Assembly (NCBI GenBank): GCA_963693365.1
Contig: CAVNZM010000002.1
Location: 13,983,615 to 14,047,614 of the forward strand
Direction: 5' to 3'
Origin: Amoebidium appalachense
Taxonomy: Eukaryota; Protista; Ichthyosporea
Length of the DNA: 64,000 nucleotides
Shown one piece after another: positions 44,104-64,000 of the stretch; the stretch's first letter is position 1, and the number at the start of each line of letters is the position of its first letter. The position numbers and the translations under genes were made by a program. The notes below the pieces were generated by a model, which searched no databases, was not told the DNA's origin, and saw nothing but the letters and a program-made list of their open reading frames with translations.

Positions 44104-45058
44104 TTAGGTGAGACTTGGTAAAACACTGCCAGAATCGGAACCGCTCACAGCTGGCAAGCAAATTGGCTCAGAACAATGACTGTGCCTACTAACTTCTTCT
44201 TTCAATGCCAACAACTCTACCCTACACTTCATAATCTCACTTTTCAGTTGGTCATTCTCTAATTCTCTTTGTAGCACCACCGATGTCAGTATATCAAACT
44301 GCTCCTTTTTCTTCGTTCGACATCTGCTGGCTGCATTTCGGTTTTGTGTTTGCCTCCGTGCTCTGCGTTGCTCTGGAGTGAATTTTGTTCTGCGTTTTTG
44401 CTTCCTTGTCTCGGTATTTTGAACCGAGGTACCTTGCTCGGTGCGTACGTTTGCTGATGTTGACTCCCCGCTGTCTGTATATGTAGGTATATCTGAGTCC
44501 CTTAGATTTTTCCTCGTACGTAGACAGCGAAAAAAGTTCATTCTGCCTTGTGTTCGCTTCATGTGGCCACCGCATGTTCTCCACAAGCGGCTCGGCATAT
44601 TCCTTATCTCCCTCAGCTAATGCTTCGGGCGCAACTAAACAACTTACACTCGAGCTTGGTAAAGGGCTGCTGTTGGCAATGACTTCCCCCAACCAAGTTT
44701 CGCGCTGAGGTGCGAGTGTTGGAGTTTCCATTAAAGAGTCTGTTAGCTCCCGATCTTGAGAATTTCCATCACCCAGCCCCACATATAGAATTGGTTCGTT
44801 GGTTTCTTTCTCGGTGAAAGTGTCAGTGGCGCTTAAAAATGACCTCTCAAAAGGGTTGGTGCCCAACTGTGCCCGAGACAGCATGGGTGTTGGGAGTTTG
44901 CTTGGTGTGCAGTGGAAGGCATCGTATTGTGTTAGTTGAAGTCCTTTGACACCTGGTGAAAGCCTGTCGTCGAAGTCTGCGCTGAGCGACATGCTTGAGG
45001 TTTCTACGCCCCCAGCACCCAGCTGGAGTGTGGGTAGTTCTGGTCTTTGTCGAACCAT
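44104..45058 (-). CDS. ATF2/ATF7/Atf1-like bZIP transcription factor (one-base frameshift, probably an assembly error)
   Basis: The N-terminal ORF has LPTP and NPFERSF (Atf1/ATF2 N-terminal motif). The overlapping ORF has the basic region QNRNAASRCRTKKK, a zipper and terminal HSHC. Removing one base from the run at 44507-44511 joins them (TYEENLRDSD). Confidence 0.85.
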
Positions 45059-45726
45059 TATAACGAAGTGTGGGGCTGAAAACTAGAATCACTCGGCGAT
45101 TGTGCTAGGGATTACTAATGCGTCAAGTTGGGATACCCATGCACTAAAAACTTGAATAATATAGGTCACAGAAGACATAAGGCCAAAAACAACGAAAAAT
45201 GCAGACGCACTAGAGAAACTAGGTTTCTGTGCAACAACAATGTTACTCGCAATGTGTGTCCTAATGCATGTGCAACCAGTTGAGTCGGCAAAAAGTTTGA
45301 ACGGCCAAACGATCCACGCGCGCCTGAGAGGTCAAGAAAAAAACCTCTTGTTGCTGTTTGCGCGGGTATCTCTACTTACTAAATGTAACTGAGCATATGT
45401 GAAAAGCCTACTAGCTTCAACTGAACGCTGAAACGTTCTAAAGCCACAAACCCAACTTGAAACTTTCCTACAGGGACCGAGTCAAACAAAGTTCAGTGCT
45501 GCGCAGGTTGGCGGATCTGCTTTGGAATGTAATGACGGCAACTCATTGGTCACTAGAGGATGATGAAATCGCCGCTGTACATTTCTCGAATTAGTTTTTT
45601 GCAGCATGACTTTATTGTTTACATTTTTTAAAATACTATATATTATAAAGCGCTTAATAATTGTTTTAATGTTGGTTAACATGTGATCTACAAGAGAGCT
45701 GTGGCCGCCAAGCCGGCAAAGTACGC

Positions 45727-45851
45727 TGAGTCATGGCGCTCGGAGCGCTAGATATGTGATGTAATAGTGACAGCCATATAGTCTTTATGGTAGACGCCAT
45801 CAAAAATATATTATCAAACACAAGGCTTTTTTTGCCTTTATATGACGTCAT
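45727..45851. promoter_or_regulatory. AP-1 site and perfect CRE palindrome in the divergent bZIP/STE24 intergenic region
   Basis: TGAGTCA at 45727-45733 and ATGACGTCAT at 45842-45851. Confidence 0.5.
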
Positions 45852-46193
45852 CATTATTACAGACTAACAACCAGCTTAGTTGAAGCGCTGCGGCAACAGC
45901 TGTTGCTGCGCCTCTGGTTGTTCATGACTTTTGGTTTGGTAGTGTATTCTTTCTAGGTTGAATACAAGAACACGCACAAAGAGTTTTGTTTGTCAATAAG
46001 GGCAAATTTTTTTCAGGGTTCTACAGTCAAACCTTGGCAAAAACCCGATCACTCTAGCACCTACTACGTAATCCAACCGTTTCTCTCTTTCTCCCTTTCT
46101 CTCTCACTCACACATACGCACAGTCTCCCTCTCTCTCTTTATCGCCACACCCAACATCTTGGACGTGGCCCATTGGGCACTATACAACTAGAA

Positions 46194-56958
<10,765 letters not shown>

Positions 56959-58161
56959 AATCTTGGCAACAAAATTAAAGCAGCGGATTCATTGGGTATA
57001 CGTAGTGATTTGGAAGCCGTCATGGAATTGAATGATTTGTGTGTGCTAAATAACGAAATTGGCGTGTAGAATTGATATATGTAACATGACTAAGTTTCAA
57101 TGTTTTCTTTGTTTTATGTATTACACGAGACCATGAGACACGGTGCCTTCACTTTCGCCTACTGCACCACATAGCATAGTAGACAGGCTTGTAGTGGGCC
57201 ACTGTGTGATCTTCATTCAAATACATCATTCGCAATGTGGCACGAACGTTGTCATATAGTTTCAAAAGTGTTGCTCTTGACAATCCTTTTTTTTTTGGTT
57301 GGCTACTGTGTGAACTCATCACAGCTCCACTACATGTCGTTAATATACAGCACATCCCCCCTCCGATTACCATGACTTGGCGACCTTATTATGGGCAGGT
57401 AATAGTTGCGTTGCTTGTAGGTCATTGAGTTTACTGTTCGTGTAAGTAAACTGCAACAAAGACCATGAAAGGCGATAGCACGCGCGATGTTTTTTAGTTT
57501 TTTCGTTTCAAGAAGTTATACCTATTAGCAATCACCTGCACTACAACATAACACCGGCTCACAGCACCGCCGCCACCATGGACCTCGACGACTCGTGGTT
57601 CCAGGCTGTGAATTACGCGATTTATTGTAGCCACAAAATTGTCCTTGAAATCAACCCTACTTTTTTGAAAAATTCCACCAATTCTTCAACCAGTGGCTCT
57701 ACTGCGTACAGCCAAAACAATCGAAATATTATTCCTAAAAAGTTGGTGGCTCTGTTGGGGTCATATGCAAGCAGGGGGAAAGGTGCCCAAATATGATGGC
57801 ACTGCGTACGTCAGAAACAAATTTCATACCCTACTGTGACATATGTATGGCTGCATACCAGAAGATAAAGCATACAAAGCATAAGGATATTACAATGAAT
57901 TCAACTAGAAAAGAAAGGCGACACTCTATAATAAGAGCTATTATGTCAGAGGCTAGCACTGTCATATTTCTAATATATCCTTTAATGTATTAGACTCGAT
58001 ATCTGTGTACGACAAAATGTTGACTTCCCTCATCAAATCGGACGAGGTACAAATCAGTGAATGCGGATTGCGATCGCTGGGGCATGTGTGACAACCAATC
58101 GGAGATAACTTGAAGTGGGCAAGAATGTAAACATTGTAAATAATGGCTCACTAGAGCCCCC

Positions 58162-58227
<66 letters not shown>

Positions 58228-58435
58228 TGCCGCCCCCCATTCTCTCTCCTCCCCCCCCCCCCCCCCCCCCCTTCCCTCCTTTCCCTTCGTCCCTCCCTCG
58301 CTCTCTCAAACCTCGGAGCCCAACACCACCTACACATTCAGTCTCCCCGTCCTACCTCCTAACTCACCCCCTCCCCCCCCCCCCCCCCTCAGGCCCCCCC
58401 CCCCCCCCCCCCCCCCCCCTCCCCCCCCCCCCCAG

Positions 58436-61302
58436 ACACCAACGAATGCACGCTTGGCACGCACAGCTGCGCATCCACTGCCACCTGCCCGCAACACGGT
58501 CGGCTCCTTCACCTGCGCCTGCAACCCCGGCTACACCGGCACCGGCACAACATGTGCAGGTAGGAACACATGCCCCCCCCCCCTCCCCCCCCCCCCCCAT
58601 TTCCTCCCTTCCCTTTGCCTTCACAACTTGTGGGCCCTGCTCCCTCTAATCGTAAGTGGTGAATGCGATCCAGATGCACATCGTAACATATATACCTCCT
58701 CCCCCCCCCCCCCCTCCTTCTCCCCTCCCCCCCCCCCCCCTCCCCCTCCCCCCCCGCGGTTGAAATATCATCGGGGGTTTTTGAGGGACTCCCATCCATT
58801 TTTTTGGGCAACCCAAGCCATGCCAAATTTACAGGCATGTCAAAAAACAATCAATTAACTTTTTTTAAAAAAGGTTCTCATACATTACTGTGCATATCTA
58901 GCAAAAAATCCAAGTAACCCAGATTTACACGACCCTATATAATTGAGCAGAGAAAGTCATTGCACAAAGTGTCCTTGTTCAAGAATATCTTGTGCCCTCC
59001 CCCCCCCCCCCCCCCCCCCCCCCCTCCCCCCCAACCCAACCCAACCCCCGACTGCCTGCTTTTTTCCGGTTTCCCATCCTTCCTTACCCTGGCCCACGCG
59101 TGCCCCCTTCTAAGCCCCTTCTCCTATTTACTGTAGCCTGCGTGCACTTACCAAGCCTACCCCCCCCCCCCCCCCCCCGCCTCCCCCCCTCTCCCTCCCC
59201 CCCCCCCCCCCCTTCAGACACGTTGGACAACGAGTGCACGCTTGGCACGCACAGCTGTGCCCCCACTGCCACCTGCAGCAACACGGTCGGCACCTTCCCC
59301 TGCGCCTGCAACCCCGGCTACACCGGCACCGGCACAACATGTGCAGGTAGGAACACATCTTCCCGCTCCCCCTTCACCCCCCGTCCCCCTCCCTGTCTGC
59401 TTCACACTCAGTGACTACACACACACACTACAGGTTCGGGCCAAACCCGCAACTTACCTCCTCCCCCCCCCCTCCCCCCCCCCCTTCCCCCCCCCCCCCC
59501 ACACACACACCTTACCAAATCACGATCAAACGTCTCGCTTGCTAACCCTATGTAACTCCATTTCATTCAATGGTGCTTCGAACTATTGCTCCTTTTCTCA
59601 GCCCCCCCCAACCTTCCTTTTTCCATCTCCCCACTTTGGTCTCCTGGGCAGATAAGTCAATATGTCCCAATACCTCCCCTCCGCCTCTTCCCCCCCCCCC
59701 CCCCCCCCCCCCCCCCTCTCCCGCCCTTCCTCCCCCACCCATACCTCGAGGGTCCCCCGTTGCTTCCCAGGCATCAAACTTTCTCCCTTAAACCCCACAC
59801 TTAACCCCCCCCCCCCCCCCCCAGACATCAACGAGTGCACGCTTGGCACGCACAGCTGCGCCCCCACTGCCACCTACAGCAACACGGTCGGCTCCTTCAT
59901 CTGCGCCTGCAACCCCAGCTACACCGGCACCGGCACAACATGCACAGGTAGGAACACATGCCTCCCGCCCCCCTCCCCCCCCCTTCACACACACATTCTT
60001 ATTACATTTTTCTTCTTTTGGCTTGCACAACATCATGGCACCTAGTAAATTCAGGATGTGTAACTTCGTGGTTTGGTGAGTGGCATTTTTACAGGTTCAG
60101 TGTTTTTCCTGAGGAATATTTCTAATATCCGTGGTCTATCCAAAAAAAAAAAAAAAAAAAAATGAAAAGCGATTCATGGTATTAGGCCCTGCTGCAAACG
60201 AGTGGGCCTAGATAGCCTGAAAGGAAAATTCGGTATTACTTTTCCGGATTCCAAGGACATTTTTGTGGCCCTAACCCCGGGGCCCAATCATTTCACTCCT
60301 CATGCTTACCAACATATCCACCCCCACACAGTATCCAGCGGAACAGTTACTGCTGACGCCATAACCACCACAACTACAACTAATGCAGCTACCACAACTA
60401 CTACTAATGTGGGCACCACCACCACTACTACTGCTCCAACCACCACCACACCACTTCTAATACAGCCACCACCACAACTATTACTAATGCAGCCACCACA
60501 ACTACAATTACTAATGCAGGTGGCACCACAACTACTACTACTAATGCAGCCACCACAACTACTACTACTAATGCAGCCACCACAACTACTACTACTAATG
60601 CAGCCACCACAAACTACTACTACTAATGCAGCCACCACCACAATTAATCCTAAAGCAGCCACCACCACCACCGCTGCCCCAGCAACCACCTTCCCCCTTT
60701 CCATCCAAGGCCCCTTCTCCACCACCCAACCATTCGCACTATACATGCGCAATGTGAACAGTCCAGGGGGTGAATGGGCCTCTCGGGCACGCACCGTTTA
60801 CGCAAATTCGCTCAACGGAGCACAAGACGCCGGTTACTGTCTGGTGGCCAACATGCCGCAGACACAGGTGACTAAACTCTTTAACTGAAACCACCCACAA
60901 TCATCCGTTATAATCAGCTACGATGGCGCTTCTACTTTAACGATCAAAGGACAGTTCGTACGGTGCCCTTATTTCCTCACGGCTCAAGAATGCGCCAAAA
61001 CCGATTCCAAATATACCGGTAGTTTGTGCACCGTTGATTTTTCATACCCTGTTAAGGCTATAAACAAGACGTTTGTGTGCGATGGGAGCTCAAGTTTTGG
61101 TGGGGGGACCATGGACTGTATGGGAGAGACGGCGACATTTGGCGGGAAGCCGCGCAACACTTTGATTGGTCAATACGGGGTACCGGTAGTGTTCCGCGTA
61201 GCCAATCATACGTTCGATAAGGGGCAGAATGGGAACGGGTGGGTGGTGCACTCGTGTGATATGTTTCGTGGTGACTGGCTGCTTACGGTTAGGGAGCAGT
61301 GA
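58436..61302 (+). CDS. Calcium-binding EGF repeat / Thr-rich mucin-like extracellular protein, 3' part (possibly a pseudogene)
   Basis: Three near-identical phase 1-1 exons (58436-58559, 59218-59346, 59825-59947) encode D.NECTLGTHSC...CSNTVG.F.CACNPGYTGTGTTC. Exon 60332-61302 has TTTTNAA repeats and a Cys-containing globular domain. In-frame TGA at 60886-88 and a Cys>Tyr change in EGF 3. First exon not identified. Confidence 0.75.
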
Positions 61303-61696
61303 ATTGGTTTGAACATAACTCCGTGATGTGATATGATATGATACTGAGTGAATGAAACAAATGTTGACTCTATTCTTGTTGTTGTGCTTTTGTGAGAAGT
61401 TGTTCCCAAACGTTCTTGGAATTTTTCCGTGAAGCATGAAGGTACATAACACGGCTAGCTGGTTGTGATCAGGGATGGGGTGCCAAATAAATCTGAAATC
61501 TAGATGCTTGTGTAATGTGAAGTATGTTTGAACCTGAGGACATAAAGAAAGGCTACGGAAATTGACCTTCTGATCCTTTTTCTAATTCGTCAAAGAAAGA
61601 AGATTACGATATTCCTATAGAAGCAGTTGACTATAAAGCCAAACAAAAGGCAAAAAATGGAGTCATTTTGGTGGATCGAACGGTGACATCGATAGT

Positions 61697-61774
<78 letters not shown>

Positions 61775-61777
61775 TTG

Positions 61778-61818
<41 letters not shown>

Positions 61819-62018
61819 CACCTTTGACTGCCACCTGCACACACTTTAGGGTTTAGGGTTTGTCCCACTCAAGTGCACAGCCCGCATGGAACACTGTGAA
61901 TGCATGCACATACCATAACCTGTGGAGGGGAGGCGGGGGGAATGGAGGGAGGGAGGGGGGGGGGGGGGGAGGGGGGGGGAAGAGGAGGGGAGGGAAGGGG
62001 GAGAAGCACTTGGAGTGT

Positions 62019-62049
<31 letters not shown>

Positions 62050-62780
62050 GGGGGGAAGGAAGGGGGTGCGGGGATTAGGCGCGCAAGGGGCAGTCATTGG
62101 TTTGTCCCCCCCCCCCCCCCCCCCCCTCTTCCCCCCTTCCCCCAGGAAGATAGATTCTTTTCTATAGCTGCCCTTTATGTTGTGATCAACTCGGGGCAGA
62201 CACATGAGGTCTACAGTGCGGTGATATCGAACCAAGTTGTTACAAAGCACGTTATGAATAATTTATCCACCTGTTGGTGTGTGTGGACGTGTACATGTTA
62301 CTCTTGCACGCGAGGTAGGAATATGATTGGACGAGAGATTTAACTTGACTTTCAGTTATTTGCCTGCTCAAACCTCACACTATACATGTAGAACCGGTGA
62401 ATACAGAAAGAGGTGTCTAGTAGTAAAATGCAATACATACAAAAGGTTGGGGATGATGTTTGGCGATCAAAAAGCCAGAGGGTAATTACGGAGTCCATTC
62501 TTGCACAGAAAAACGAGACCGTGAAAGACAAAAAAAAAAATATCTAGTTGAATAATGCAATTTACGCGGACTCTTAAAGTGGGGATAACACGAAAAATGC
62601 GATTCAGAAATCTGGCTGTACTGTAGTAGATGAATTTCTTTAAAATACAAGGAGTAAAACTGTTGCCCATTCAAAACCCAATGATACTGTTGCAAAGCGT
62701 AATTTTCACAGCTAATTTTCAGAGTAAACGAAGGGATAACATAATCACTACCTAATGGCTAGTTGGAACATTTAGCTAAT

Positions 62781-63343
62781 TTACACGAAGACCATTTTTC
62801 TCTTTTTCCACCCCGATTCATACAAGAAACCATCATTCGTGCGCATAAGCGTCGGGTCGTCATCCAATTTCGTTTTCGTTTCCGGTGCCATTAACCGAAT
62901 CAACAAATCTTCACCGGTAAGACCCCGATTACCCGAAAATTCGGTCGATTCTTCGACAGTAAGAATAGCATTGTCCGACCACCCTTGCATAGTATCCCAC
63001 ACTGCAGCCCCCTTATCCGCCGTGTTTCCTTCAAATTTACCGGAAATCGTCACACGCCCCCCTGGAGAAGCCGATTGTTTGCGATTGCACCAGCACGATC
63101 GCCATGGCATGAATTTTCAATGAAATCACCATTTATGTTGACGGTTCCCTTTATCCATTTCAGCCATATTGCACCCCCACGCGCACCCTCGAACTCACCT
63201 GTGACTACATGTGGCCGCAGCTCTACACTGTTGCCGCGGAATTCCGTTTTATCGACAACCAAATTTCCCGTTTTTTCGATCATTTCCCAAAACATGGCAC
63301 CTCCACTCTGGCAGCGGTTGTTGATAAATCGCGAATTGGTGAT
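62781..63343 (-). CDS. Polymorphic membrane protein (Pmp)-like / pectin-lyase-fold beta-helix protein, terminal exon
   Basis: Alternating FxxN (FINN, FRGN, FIEN, FEGN, FSGN) and GGAI-type (GGAM, GGAI, AGAI, GAAV) motifs. One extra G in the run at 63057-63062 joins the two ORFs. Acceptor CCCCAG at 63344. Confidence 0.72.
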
Positions 63344-63510
63344 CTGGGGTGCACGTGGGGGGGATGGAGGGGGAGGGGGGTTGTGGGTTTATTTTGGGCT
63401 TCACGTCTGACTAAGTCGACTAACAGCAATCAGAATCCTTTATGATCTACTTCCACAAGCTCGAAACCTTTCAACCCGGTAGCAGCCAAAAGAGACGGAC
63501 TGAGATCATG

Positions 63511-63581
<71 letters not shown>

Positions 63582-64000
63582 TATGTGTGTGTGTATATGT
63601 GTGTATGTGTGTGTGTGTGTGTGTGTGGGGGGGGGGGGGGCTGTGGGTGGGTGGGGGTGGGTGGGGGGAGAGCCGTGTGCGTGCGCAAGTGTGTGTTGAG
63701 AGGTGAGGAGGAGGTTGAGGTGTGTGTGGGTGCGTGGGTTGGGCGGGGGGGGGGGGGGGGGGGGGGGAGGGGGGGAGGGGGGAGGAGGGGGCAAGTGGGA
63801 GGGGAGGGGAGGGGGGGGAATGGGAGGGGGGAGGGGGAAGGGTGTCCGTGAACAGAAGGATTGAAGAGAAAGCTGTGGAAAGCACCCGAGGAGAAAAGCT
63901 TCAAGAGCGAGAGCTTGATATGAGGTCGGGCCTGGACAGGGTGTGTGTGTGTGTGTGTGTATGAACATGCATGTGTGCAAGGAATAAAGCTCGAAACCAA

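Noticed and set aside
44500-44650. Tiny (19-31 nt) intron or programmed frameshift in the bZIP gene
   Set aside because: Possible on paper, but a one-base homopolymer error explains it and matches the pattern in other genes.
61845-61861. Telomere-like TTTAGGG repeat
   Set aside because: Only two units.
63430-64000. Further exons on either strand at the window end
   Set aside because: Short frames exist on both strands, but strand and phase could not be resolved.

Overview
Eukaryotic nuclear DNA, very rich in microsatellites and homopolymers ((CA)n, (CT)n, poly-C/G). Almost all ORFs in the supplied track are repeat artefacts. Reading between the repeats gives: an intronless, signal-peptide- and TM-bearing choloylglycine hydrolase/penicillin V acylase-type Ntn hydrolase; a young 5'-truncated non-LTR retrotransposon plus decayed relatives; a ~22-exon Hook-family dynein adaptor gene (minus); a TTAA-flanked piggyBac-type MITE just upstream of it; an ATF2/Atf1-like bZIP gene divergent from a 12-exon STE24 CAAX protease gene; a cbEGF/mucin-like gene; and a Pmp-like beta-helix exon. 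Gene content and intron style suggest a unicellular holozoan such as an ichthyosporean (inference only). The most unusual signal is a ~110-nt element with about ten diverged copies, all inside introns and all in the sense orientation of two oppositely oriented genes. Several single-base frameshifts fall at homopolymer runs and are probably assembly errors. All alignments and exon models were made by eye.
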